From the NCBI GenBank assembly GCA_951406725.2, contig OX597829.1:37572001-37636000 (forward strand): DNA of 64,000 nt, in the 5' to 3' direction. Below the pieces are notes generated by a model. The model made no database searches, had not been told where the DNA came from, and saw only the letters and a program-made list of their open reading frames with translations. Each line of letters starts with the position of its first letter. Within the stretch, counting starts at the first letter, position 1. Source of the DNA: Octopus vulgaris (taxonomy: Eukaryota). The position numbers were made by a program, and so were the translations under genes. Positions 1 through 52,831 of the stretch are shown piece after piece.

Positions 1-561
1 TCAATTTGGATTTTTCTTCAATTTATATTATGGGTTTCTAAAATACGTGCTTCCATGAATCAATGCTAATATTTAAAGAGAAAGAAATCTTTTTTTTTTT
101 TTTTTGGTTGGGGTGAGGTCACAGAATAGATACAGTTGTGAATAGTATTTTTTAAAAATCTATAGATTTCTTAAAATTACATTTTCAAGCATTTTAATTA
201 TTGACTATATTGTTTCATAATATATATTACATGCAATTTGTGAGTGTGCATGGCCTAGTGGTTTGTGTGTTGCACTCATGATTACAAAATCTTGGTCCCA
301 TTTCTTGGACTGTGTGGGTGTATTGTGTGTCCCTGAGCACAATGCTTCATTTCCTGTTGCTCTGGGACACTTCAACGTCTGATGTTTTGTACACCGTGAA
401 GCTGTGCAGCTGAAACATTTAATCATATCATATGTAGTCTTTTAGTAAGAAATTGCAGAACATTCTTTCTTGGGTTATGAGAGACTGCCATCATCAACAT
501 AACATATAATTTAAATGTTTTTTGTTTTTTTGTTTATTTATTTTTTTTTTTTTGTTAACAG

Positions 562-40488
<39,927 letters not shown>

Positions 40489-41910
40489 AAGTTCTTGTGA
40501 AATATTCCAAAAGACATGTTCTTCAAGTGATAAAAAAAAAAAAAATGTTCTTCAAGTGAAAAAAAAAAGATGTTCTTCAAAGTGAAACAAGGGAAAAAGA
40601 AAAATGTAGTTTTTAAACGGGAAAACAAAATAAAATCTTTTGTATAACCACTTTTAATAGTAAATAGACCGTGGTGATATATGATATCATTGAATAGTTA
40701 CAAACGAGTGATATTTCTTTCTTCTCCTACTCCCTATGAAATGGTGATAATAAAAGAAATTTTAATTTTGAAATATACCTTAGGAACGGGTTAATGTTAA
40801 AACTGATTTTAAAATTTTATTAATTTTTTTATTCATCTTTCCTGATTTTAAATTTATATTTCACCACATTTTAATTTAAAATAGAAATTATATTTGGACT
40901 GATTTGTCTTAAGTCTCCCGAAACTTCTACATGTTCACTACATGATATTAGGGTTAAGTCATCGAGGATCCCTTCCTGCTCTCATAATATTATCCAATAT
41001 TTAATGCAGAATATCAAATTGTCAGTGATTTTAAAATTAAAATGAAAAAAAAAAAAAAAAGTTAAGCCTATCAGTCAAAAGAATATCTGTTATTAAATCT
41101 GTGTGTGTTGTCAAGTTTTAAGGACTTTTTATAGTAGACACCTTTTAACTAAAATTTTAATTTAATAGATTTAACTGATAACACATTTAATTTGTGGCAA
41201 TCTGTGCTCTATTAGTAAACATACAAAAGAAAAGTGAATCATATTATTGTTCCATTTAGTTTAAAACCTCAAACAAATTAGTTTTTGTTTTTTATGGAAA
41301 TGAAGTTGGAAAATTTCCATCTATGCCACCCTAATCTTCTTCTTCCTGTACTTTCCAATACATGTTTTATTATTATTATGAATGATGCATATTGTTGAAT
41401 AAAGAGAAAAATCTGTATTAAATATATTGATGTAAAAGTTTTCTTTTGTTCTGAGTTTTCATTACCCTGCACACGTAAGCAAAAGCAGGGTATTGTAATT
41501 ACCCATCTTTATTTGTTTGCAAAATTACTGGAAAACAGCCAAACAGATTTTCACCACATTTGGTAGAAATATTCATTGGGCGAGTGGCTCAAAATGATGA
41601 ACATTTGGTTTGATTATCTTCAGAAGAAGAAAGAAGAAAAAAAAAAAGAGGAAAATTTTAAAATTGAACTTACAAATTTCCCGATAAACAAGTGGTCATA
41701 TTATTTTGCTTACTTTTTTTGCATATGAACTGACCTGCATCTGCATGTTTATAGATCATGGTGTATCTATGCTCATAGACACATGGGTATATACATACAT
41801 AGATATGCAACTCTGTGTGTGTATGTACAGTGATGGATTCAAAGGTTTCATGTATTTACAACTTGATTTCCTAATTTCATCAGAGTATAAATACCTATTA
41901 TAGTGATACT

Positions 41911-44249
41911 ATCCGAATTGACAGTATCTTGGTAGATAAAGCAATTAAGGGTATGAAGACAAGGAAAGCCCCTGGCACATCAGGAATCACTGCTGCAATG
42001 CTTAAAATATCTGGCAATGTAGGCTATAGTCCAGTTACCTGTATAGTCAACCAGGTGGTACATGAAGGAGTCATACCCAATGACTGGTGTAGCAGCACCA
42101 TAACTGCTACAAAGGTAGAGGTGACACATTTGATAGGAATAATTACAGAGGTATCAAATTGTTGATGAAAGTCATAGCCCAACTAATTAGGGAGAGAATT
42201 AATTTAGATGAAATGCAGTTTGGGTTTGTACCAGGAAGAAGCTCCATTGATGCTAAATTTCTGGTAAGACAGCTGCAAGAGAAATTCCTAGCCAAAGATA
42301 AACCTCTGGACTTGGCTTTTGTTGACATGGAGAAAGGATTTGACAGGGTTCCTTGTTCCCTTATCTGGTGGTCAATGCAAACTAGGGATAGATGAGTGGT
42401 TAGTGAGAACTGTGCAAGCCATGCTGTCATTAAGGTGAGGGCTGGCAACAAGTGTAGTGAAGAATTCCAGGTAGGAGTAGGGGACAACCAAGGATCAGTC
42501 CTCAGCCCCCTCTTATTCATCATAGCCCTCCAGGCAATAACAGAGGAATTCAAGACAGGATGCCCCTGGGAGCTCCTCTATCTTGATGACCTTTCTCTGA
42601 TAGCTGAGTCACTATCAGAAGTAGAGAAGTTTCAGGAGTGGAAACAAGGTTAGAATCAAAGGGCCTTACAGCCAATCTAGCAAAGACCAAACTCTTTGTA
42701 AGCAGGAAGGCAGACAAATCACAAATGCCTTCAGGTAGATGGTCCTGCTTGATCTGTAGAAAAGGTGTAAGTAAAAACTCCATAAGATGTACCTGGTGTC
42801 AGCTGTGGATACATAAAAGGTGCAGCAATATCAAAGGAAGGTTAATTGGGAAAATAGTTTTTGTGTGTGGCAATGCACAGGGGCTGGTGTTACCTTCACT
42901 CAAATGACGGAGGATGCGGGGAGATCTCATCCCGCCTTTCAACATCTTCAACAGGAATGTAAACCTACCATTTATGGAGTTTTTCACCCCTGAGCCAGAT
43001 AGGGATCTTTGTGGGCCTTATCGCAAACTCTATCCCCAATACTTTCAACTCAACAGGCAGAAGGCTGCATTTTCCATCCGTATCGCAGCCCCATGGAACA
43101 AGCTACCACAAGATATCATTCACCTGCCCACCACTCCCCTGTTCAAAGAGGTTCTGGACGACTGTGGCGACTTTGTATACAACAATAACTGGATTTTCTT
43201 TTTACATGGCTTAGCACATTGTGCTCTTCTCCTGCCAATAAATTTGATTTGATCAATAAACACTGAAAATGTGCAGAAAACAGCTTCCATCATATGCCAG
43301 GGGGAGAAACTAGAAGTAGTTGATAGCTTCTATTACCTAGGTAACTAAGTCAGTAGTGGGGTGGATTCTCTGAGAGCATAGCTGCTAAAATAAGAATAGC
43401 CTGGGCGAAGTTCAGAGAGTTCCTGCCTCTGCTGGTAACAAAGGGCCTAAAGGCAGACTGTATGACACATGTGCGAACAGCCATGCTATATGGCAGTGAA
43501 ACACGGGCCGTGACTGTTGAGGACATGTAAGCTTGCAAGAAAGGAAGCTAGGATGCTCCACTGGATGAGTAATGTCAGTGTGCATACATGACAGTGTAAG
43601 TTCCCTGAGAGAGAAGTTGGACACAAGAAGCATTAGATGTGTGCAAGAGAGACGACTGTGCTGGTATAGTTGTGTGTTATGTACGGACGAAGGCAACTGT
43701 GTGAAGAAGTGTCACACCCTAACAGTGGAGGGAATCTGTGGAAGTAGACCCAAGAAGACCTGTGATGAGGTGGTGAAGAACGACCTTCAAATGTTGGGCC
43801 TCACAGAGGCAATGATAAACGACCAAGACTCTTGGAGATATGCTGTGCTTGAGAAGACCCAGCAAGCCAAGTGAGATCATAGCCATGGCATATGCCAGTG
43901 TCGCATAACCAGCCGATTTAAGAGTTCCCTTCAATTGTCGGGCAATATGATGTGCTTGAGAAGACCTGTTGAGTCAAGTGAAATCGTTGTCTTTACTGAT
44001 GCCAGTACTGCCTGACTGGTACGTAAAAAGCACCATTAAAGTGTGGTCAACACCAGTGCCACCTGACTGGCTTCCATGCCACTGGCATGTAAAAAGCACC
44101 TACTACACTCTCACAGTAGTTACTGTTAGGAAGGGTATCCAGCTGTAGAAACCTGGTGCAGCCCCCTGGCTTGCCAGTTCTCAGTCAACCCATTCAACCC
44201 ATTCCAACATGGAAAGCGGATGTTAAGTGATGATGATGACGACGACAAC
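41911..44249 (+). mobile_element. 5'-truncated, frameshifted RTE-clade LINE
   Basis: KAPG.SGI, QFGFVPGRS, AFVDMEKGFDRVP, QGSVLSPLLF, LLYLDDL, MLYGSET, RPKKT motifs across frames; (GAT/GAC)n tail; flanked by a ~29-bp near-duplication cagagtataaatacctat..gtgata. Confidence 0.9.
42885..43252 (+). mobile_element. CR1-like LINE 3' fragment nested in the RTE
   Basis: LPSL..RRMRGDLI...FSIRIAAPWNKLP C-terminal motif; aataaa(tttga)n tail; RTE sequence resumes at 43253. Confidence 0.75.
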
Positions 44250-45063
44250 CAGAGTATAAATACCTATAATGGTGATATTTAAAAAAAAAAATTTTGTTTC
44301 CTGATAAGTAAGTGGTCATATTATTTTGTTCACTATGCATGTAGATGTGTAGGTACATACATACATACATAAATATATACATAGTTATGCAACCATGTGT
44401 GAGTGTGTAAGCGTACAGTGATGGATTCGAAGGTTTTGTTTATTTACGATTTGATTTCTTAATTTCACCGAAGTATAAATACTTATAATGGTGGTACTTA
44501 AAAAGATAAAAAATAGAATTTTTAAAAATTGAACTTACAAATTTCTCAATAAGCAAGTAGTCACATCATTTTATTCACTTCCCTTTTTCATATGAAGTGA
44601 CCCTCATCTGCATGTGTATAGATCATGGTGTACCTATGCTTATAGACACATGTATATACATAGACACATGTATATACATACATAGATATGTTTCTGCGTG
44701 TGCATATGTGTGTGTACAGTGATGGATTTGTGGGTTTCATTTATTTATGAGTTGGTTTCTTAATTTCACTGGATTATATGGTGATACTTTTCCCAAAAAA
44801 TAAAAGCTTAATTCAGTTCAATTAAAAAGCATGGGTAAGCAACGAATTGTAAACCACACTATAATTTGCATACCCTGCACACAAATTTTTTGCAAATTAT
44901 AGTGAGGTTTACAATACATTTCTTTCTGTTTGCCAACTGAGAATTCTTATTTGTTAAGTTTCACATTTAGTTAAAAAAAATTCCATTGGAATTTTTATAT
45001 AAGAACGCAATCCATTCCAGAACCATGTTAATCAATCAAATTGTTTCTTAGGTGAGTAATTGA

Positions 45064-45750
45064 AATACACTGAACCACAAAAGAAACACGAGACATGTGA
45101 CTGTGAAATATGTTTTAATTTCATTATGTCAGAGACAAATTTTGATAAATCTAATAAAGTCAATTTCTTGGATGCAGTTTGACCACAGTCTATGGTTTGC
45201 TGTCATGTGTTCTGGTAGTGGGTGGATTCAGCACATCAAGATTGTAGGGCATGATATGTTCAGTACTGTGTATGCCCTCCCTGGGTGTTCAAATTGACCA
45301 TACACCATTGGAACATGGAGTGCATGAAGCGGTTCACAAAAGCCATTGGCACCTGTGTCCACACCCTGAAGAAAGCTGCTTCTAGTTCCACACGAATTGT
45401 CAGCCTTGGGACCACCTGGTTCAGCTGTCTCTGGATTTCATCTTACAGGTGTTCAATTGGGTTCAGATCCGAGCTGAGAGCTGGCCAAAGCATGGTTCTG
45501 ATGTTGTGCTGATGCAGAGAGTTCATGGTGACCCTAACTATGGTGACGCGCAAAGAAGGGCACGATGTGAGATCTTAGGCTTTGGTCAACATAGAGCTGC
45601 ACTGTGATGTCATTCCCTCTGCCTGCACCAACATTTTGGAACACATGGGGCTCAATTTTCTGATTCAGGCATATAGCACCCCAAACCATTATGCTTTGGC
45701 CACCCCATGCATCTCTATAGCGTTCACTCCTCCTATGCCACACCCTAATC
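45064..45750 (-). mobile_element. Tc1-like transposase relic
   Basis: GGQSIMVWGAI and DLNPIEHL motifs on minus strand; TA-CACTG terminus at 45064. Confidence 0.7.
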
Positions 45751-48700
45751 ACTAGGCCCCATGTGCCTTCACACACACACACAACAGTTCTTCTCTATAT
45801 ATTTTTCTCCCCTCATCTATACTTTCCTATAGAAGAATGTAGGCTTGAACTGTAAAAGATTTCTTCCATTTTTCCTGAGTGTAAACCTGATGCAACATTT
45901 TTGTTGTCCTTTCACCTCATCTATGTGGTCCTTATTTTTTTTAAAGCCATATATATATGAGTAGCTTTCCAAAAGTTTCTGTCTACTAAATTCACTCACA
46001 AAATATTTATCGGCATGGTTGTATAGTAGAAGACACTTGCCCAAGGTGTCAAGCAATGGGACTGAACCTAAAACCACATGGTTGCAAAGTAAGCTGTAAA
46101 CAAAATTGATGTGATTCTTGTAATATTGTTTACTTCAAGTCTGACCGACTAATATAGTACTGTATTAAACAGAAAGGTAAGAATTAATGTAAATAATTAA
46201 TTCATGGCTCAGTGGTTAGAACGTCAGGCTTACAATAATGAAGTAGAGAGTTCGATTCCTGGACTGGGCTGTATATTATGCTCTTGAGCAAGACACTTCA
46301 TTTCATGTTGCTCCAGTTCACTCAGCTGTAGAAAGGAGTTGCAACATCACTGGGGTCAAGCTGTATCGGCCCCTTTGCTTTTCCCTTGGATAACATCAGT
46401 TGCATAAAGAGGAGAGGTTGGTATACATGGGCAACTGCTGGTCTTCCACAAACAATCTTGCCCATTAAAAGGGGCTCCTTTTAATGCATTCTAATCTACT
46501 GGTTTAGTTGCGAAGGCATGTAGCTTAGTGGTTAAGGTATTTAGCTCATGATAGTGAGGTCGTGAGTTCAATTCTTGGCAGTGCATTGTGTCCTTGGGCA
46601 AGATACTTTATTTTACATTACTCCAATCCATTCAGCTGGCAAAAATGTGTTGTACCTGTAATTCAAAGGGGGCCAGCCTTGTCACATTCTGTGTCATATT
46701 GAATCTCTATGATAACTGTGCATGTCTGTGGAGTATTCAACCACTTGCATGTTAATTTCATGAGCAGGCTGTTCATGTTGATCAGATCAACTGGGACCCT
46801 CATTATTGTAACCAATAGAATGCCAGTTAGTAGGTTCACAAAGTTTTCTTGTAACGTTATTTATTTGACACACAGTGGAGTTGTATAATGATTTGAGGTG
46901 GATGGTCATTCATTACAGATAGGAAAAAAAAAACAAAACGTCATTTAACATCAGCTTTCAAATCCAAGTTTGTTTGAGAGACAGATCGATCAAGTTTCTA
47001 GGTGTAAGAAATATCAAAACAATCCTTGGTGATATATATCATTTAAGGACCAGGAGGTATTGAAGACATTGCCAAGTCAGGGTCCAAGAGAAGGAATTTT
47101 TAACAGGTTTCAGTAATTAATATGTGACCATGTAGGAGTACAGTTGAGTACATCCATCTTAGTAATTAATATATATGCAAATATATGTGTGTGAACATAT
47201 ATAAATAATGTGTGTGCATTTAAAGCACTTGAGCAGTTTGTATAATGTATGTGTAGCCCTAATATTTATGTGCATTATTTACAATATCCAAGGAGCACAT
47301 ATTTTCTGACAGTTAATTAAAAATTTTTCAATATTCTGATAAAGTGGCAATTACTATTATTGTTGCTGAATCAATTGTAAAGGCTTAAAATTTTGATAAA
47401 TATATTTTCTCCTATTACATATCCTACCTATGTATGAAATACTACAAACAAAGAAATTCAGGAAGAGATTACTCAAGCTACTGAAGTAATGGAATATACC
47501 ATACTTGATGGCCTACAGGATGTACCCCAGCCCAGGCTGTAGATTTATAAAATAAATTACCACTAAAATAATGTTTTAATTCTTCCACTTACCTGTATAA
47601 CTTTATGCTACTACCAGTAATTATAAGCAATTTATTGCATCCACATTCAATATAAACATACCATAAGCGATTGTTCACCAAGAGATGGCAGCACACATTT
47701 TGTAAACATACATACCATTTTGAGCCAACATTGAATGCAGAGGGATCTTTAAAGCCATTTTTGGGTAAAAAAGGTGTGTTTTATAGGCCATCAAATATGG
47801 TAATAAAAGGATACCAAATAGTAACCTTAAAATAGTCAATTGTTTAATTGCAATTCCAGCCATCCACTCACTGTGGATGGAAAGTATAAATTCTATTAAA
47901 ATCACTTTTCAAAATAAAATTATTAATTATAATTTCTTAAAAATAACTTCATTCTATGGATCACATCAAGAATTTTATGATTCTACTAATGTAGATTTAA
48001 TCCTTTTAGAGACTATGGTTAAGAACTATCTTCATTCCATCTGCAATGACAAACTTGTATGATTCTGAATTCTGTTCTCTATACTCATCAGTATTCAAAT
48101 TATGCTATCAAATGTATTGCTCATTTATTCACATTGTTTTGGATTAATTATGCATTATCTTTGTATCTTTGAGATTTCAGTGATGTGATTGCTTTGAAAG
48201 ACATTGTCAGGTAGGTATAAAAGGCCAGATCTGGCACGTTTTTAAGGTAGAACAGCTAGAATACTTTGGGCCAAATATGGCTGGTTTAAATGCTACAGGG
48301 TTAAAGCAAATCAAGAAATTACCTGAATTGAGAGGTAGACCTGTATATCACAGTCAGCAATAAAGTTCTGTTTTTATGAAGTCATAAATGAGAAAGAAAA
48401 ATAAACATCATCATCATTGCTTAACATCCGCTTTCCATGCTAGCATGGGTTGGACGGTTCAACAGGGGTCTGGGAAGCCCGAAGGCTGCACCAGGCCAGT
48501 CAGATCTGGCAGTGTTTCTACAGCTGGATGCCCTTCCTAACGCCAACCACTCTGTGAGTGTAGTGGGTGTTTTTTATGTGCCACCGACACAGGTGCCAGA
48601 CGAGGCTGGCAAACAGCCACGCTCGGATGGTGTTTTTTACATGCTGCCGGCACGGAGGCCAGGCGAGGCTGGCACGGCCAGGCGAGGCTGGCACGGCCAG

Positions 48701-49212
48701 GCGAGGCTGGCACGGCCACGATCGGATGGTGTTTGTTACGTGCCCACAGCATGGAGGCCAGTCGATGTGGTACTGGCTACGGCCACGTTCGGATGGTTTT
48801 CTTATGTGCCACTGGAACTGGTACCACAAAACTACAAATTCCATTGATGTTCATCGATTTTGATTTGATTTGATTTTCACTTGCCTCAACAGGTCTTCAC
48901 AAGTAGAGTTATGTGTCGCAAGAAGGAAAATTCACAATTGTGAATTATTTTACTGTTTATAAGCCTTTTTTTTTCTAATTGCTCAATTTACATTTGCATT
49001 GAATCAAGAACTTATTTTCTGAGTTCAATTTCTTTTACATTCACAGTAATTTATGGGGTTTAATTAAGAAAAAATAAATGAGCTATTAGAAGACTCACTT
49101 TCATATTCATATCTGATATTACATTTGTAAAGGATGCAAAAATTAATTACCATTTTGTAGGAGTGACCACTGTCTTAAGTGAAATTAAAATGATTTTATT
49201 AATTTTCAATTA

Positions 49213-49372
49213 CTGCATTTTAACATGTATAAGGAACCCCCTAATTTTGGGGGTTTAAAATTTGGAAAAATGGTTTTGTAAGGGATTATAATACTATGTA
49301 TAATAAATTCCTATATTCTTTTAACCTAATTTTTAACAAAAAAGGGTTCCTTATACATGTTAAAATATGGTA
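49213..49372. mobile_element. Short MITE with terminal inverted repeats
   Basis: attttaacatgtataaggaaccc / gggttccttatacatgttaaaat. Confidence 0.65.
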
Positions 49373-49559
49373 ATCTGCAAAAATGTTGGCTACTGAGTTA
49401 TTTATATCATGAATGAAAAATAAATTTCTAAAATTCTTTTTCCACATGAATGTTCAAATGCATCACCTGATGAGGAGATACCAGTCTTGTGTCTTTCAAC
49501 AGCAAAAAAATTCAGTTGCTACTTAGATAAAGCAAACATCATTGCACTCTACTTAAACT

Positions 49560-50210
49560 ATGAGCAACATCCAACTAAGACCCTTATAAATGTGCCAAAT
49601 TTAGATGAATGCACATTCTTAACATAACGGGTCATTTCTCAACAAACTGGCCCTTAAGAAAAAGGGCAGAAAATAATTCACCCTCCCTACCCACCAACAA
49701 TTACTGACATCCTACAAAGCTCAGATGAGACCCATAATGGAGTATTGTTCTCACATTTGGGATGGTGCTACTGCTGCACACAGACATTCAAGATTGGATC
49801 CAGAAAGGACCACCTTACTGATTAGCATTAAGTCACTCATAGACACACTTCAGCCTCTGACTCACAAGTGTGCTGACTCTTCCTTCAGCCTTTTCTTCCT
49901 CTACTTTATTAGCCTTCATCCCTTGGAGATAACTGGATTCATGCCAATTCCACTAAGGCATTTCTGATCCACTTGTGTCCCCTCGTCTCATCCTCTTTGT
50001 TATATCCCCCATACCCATAGAAGCCCTGCACTAATCACTGTATCTAGTTCTTTTCCAGAACACACAACCCCTCTTAAATTCCCTTCCTATTCATATCTTT
50101 CATGTAAGTATTGGTTTTGAATTGTTCAAAGGGTTACATCAATGGCATCAGTCTCACCATTCTAGGGAAGCCTGCGAAGGTCATGGATACTATCCATTCC
50201 TCCAGACTCA
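49560..50210 (+). mobile_element. Old Jockey/I-like LINE 3' relic
   Basis: YKAQMRPIMEYCSHIWDG motif. Confidence 0.6.
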
Positions 50211-50631
50211 GATAAAATAAAAAAAAAAAAATTTCAACAATAAAGTAGCAGCTGATATCTAAATGCTGACACAAAAAGAAAGAAAAGATTGAAAAAATTA
50301 ATCAACCAAGACTGAATTATTTTTATATTTGAGTTTATTGAAATAAAGGCCTTTTACAAAGAGCATTCTTTGCTAGATTACACAGAGCAAAGTAATTCGG
50401 GTAACGAGAGAGTATCTGAATGTTATAAGATGAAACCATAATTTATCTTTAAGGCACTAAATATAAAAAAAAGCCTCTCCCTGTGTGCTGATAAAGCAAT
50501 AAGGTATCCCTTGTAAGAGTATCCCTTTTAAAGTGATTCGGAGAAAAATATCAGGAAATTCTGAGACAATAATAGATACCAAGAAGTTTTTTTTTTTCTC
50601 ATTTCACATCAAAGAAATTATTGTAATTTGC

Positions 50632-50666
<35 letters not shown>

Positions 50667-51993
50667 ACATGCATAAAAAAAAATCTCTCAGTAATACCAT
50701 TGAAACAAAAAAAAAAAAAGTCAAATCACTAAAACTTAAGGGTACCAGCATATTAAATTCCTTGAAAAATATCAAGTTAAGCAAATCAAGCTAAACCTGA
50801 TTCAAGATATTTCATTCCAAGCTGGGAAGAGATGGCCTGCATCACATTCACTTTTATTTTTTTCTCTTATTGTTTACTAATTGATTGTATATACTTGATC
50901 AAGTGTTTATCCATAACATCATTTTGTTTGAAACATTAAAGATTATATACACACAGACATTATATATATATATATATAGATATATATATACCTTTATATA
51001 TATATATATATATTGTATAATTAAGCAACAGATCTGTATTCTGAGTATTTTCTTCCACATTACTGTTAGAGTGGAATAAGCTATATTGTCCATTCATCAA
51101 CGATGTTTTGTGATCTGTATGATGAATGAAAGGAAAATAGAAACATACACAAAAAGCTGGTATAAATTTCAAAGAAACACGTAAATCTTGTTTTTATTTG
51201 CAGAGAAAAACAACTCCCTGGTAGAAATATTTCAAACAATCAGAAAAAAATATTTTATCTGAATTGAATGAATTATAAATTATTTAAATCTGACATGTAA
51301 TTTTTGTTTTTGTTCAAAAATATGACCCATTCCCCCACTTAAAAAAAAAAAAAAAAAGGGAAAACCCAGAAAAATTAACTTTAAGATGTTTTATTTCAGT
51401 TTTTATTTGTTTCTGCACACTCAGTAAAAATTTTTACTCTTACAATCGTTTTGTTAATCACCTATTTTAATAAAAAATTGTATCAGAATAAGATTTTTTT
51501 TAGAAATTAAGTTAATGTCTTTAGGGAAGATATATGTAGCTAATTCCATAAATTATGTGAATATTTTACAAAGCTAATCCCATAAATTAAAATAATAATT
51601 AACACATGAACATTGTTGTAAAGCAAACAAATTTCCACAAAGAAATTTGACCTTCCCCGCAAAATCCCCCACCTCCACACTGCTATTGTAATGGATGAAA
51701 AAAAAAAAAGTTAAAGTGCATGAGACAAGGTGGGGACTGGGGGAAGGGAAGAGAAAATATGCAAAAAAAAAAAAAAACTGTCACAGTTACTCACAAGTTT
51801 AGGTCACAAAAAATTCATAAATAAAAACAGAATCATTTAAATACATAAAGATGGTTTGAATAATAATTATTATGATAATAATTATTATTTTTTTTTTTTC
51901 TAAAATCACTTTTTACTTCACACCCACAAATATTTATTGCTTTATTGTGGTGGTGTGTTGTTATTATTATTATCATTATCATTATTATTATTA

Positions 51994-52206
51994 AGGCGGT
52001 GAACTGGCAGAAACGTTAGCACGCCGGGCAAAATGCTTAGCGGTATTTCATCTATCTTAACGTTCGGAGTTCAGATGCCGTTGGGGTCAACTTTGCCTTT
52101 CATCCTTTCCGGGTCGATAAATTAAGTACCAGTTGTGTACTGGGGTTGATTTAATCGACTGGCCCCCTCCCATCAAATTTCAGGCCATGTGCCTATAGTA
52201 GAAAGG

Positions 52207-52239
<33 letters not shown>
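51994..52239 (+). mobile_element. SINE family A variant with a different 3' end and (ATT)n tail, probably in the Shroom 3'UTR
   Basis: same head and body as family A; 3' part diverges (ggccccctcc...gaaaggattattatt). Confidence 0.8.
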
Positions 52240-52564
52240 TATAAGCCACGAAAAATCAAAATCAAAATAAATAAAGGTTGAGGTAATAAAAAAAAAAAAT
52301 ACACAGGAGATCACTTGCAGGAATTTTCAGGTTGCTACAGGAATGAGGGTGGGGTGCCAAACTGTGGGAAAGAAATATATATATATATATAGAAGAAAAA
52401 AAAAAGACATAAAAGAAGAAAGTTCATTTTCTCTTGAAAGAAGATATTTCGGGCAATAAAAGTGATTGAGAAGATTAAGATTAAAATAAAACGAAAAATT
52501 CTATGAAAGACGTATGTATGTTGTAGTAGTAGTTGTAGTTTAACTGGTTGATGATAAGTCTGGG

Positions 52565-52831
52565 TTATGATTGGAAAGAACTTGGAATACTACGTTTCAA
52601 AGCTGATAGCTGTTCTTGTCCAAGGAAGATTTTGTCTTCCAGTTCTTGTGATTCTATAATCAGACGGGATTTCATTGAAAGATAATAGTGGTAATCCTTC
52701 AAATCCTCATCAGAAAGATACTGTTTCAGGATGTTAGAAATTTGTTCTTGGCGTCTGTCAATGTCTGACTTGAGTTGTTTAGCTTCTTCGTGCTGCCGAC
52801 TTAGCTTGTCACGTTTCTCAATAGCAAGCTC
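52565..52831 (-). CDS. Shroom: Shroom last coding exon (88 aa + TAA)
   Basis: minus-strand tttcag| acceptor at 52832-52834; absent from the ORF track. Confidence 0.93.
   Translation of the reverse strand, partial: ELAIEKRDKLSRQHEEAKQLKSDIDRRQEQISNILKQYLSDEDLKDYHYYLSMKSRLIIESQELEDKIFLGQEQLSALKRSIPSSFQS

Larger units (their letters stand above)
41461..44915 (+). mobile_element. Helentron/DINE-1-like non-autonomous element with internal ~250-bp tandem repeats, interrupted by LINEs
   Basis: 5' short IR taccctgc...gcagggta, the cagattttcaccacatttgg core motif, ttacccat/atgggtaa subterminal IR, 3' stem-loop 44846-44915. Confidence 0.55.

Noticed and set aside
48657-48716. GC-rich 19-bp triple repeat producing 98-136 aa ORFs
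   Set aside because: Internal slippage within an RTE-tail repeat; the ORFs are repeat translations.
49467-49490. CTGATGA followed by a short stem as another hammerhead (similar CTGATGA near 7009 and 8155)
   Set aside because: No correctly placed GAAA, stem III or cleavage triplet.
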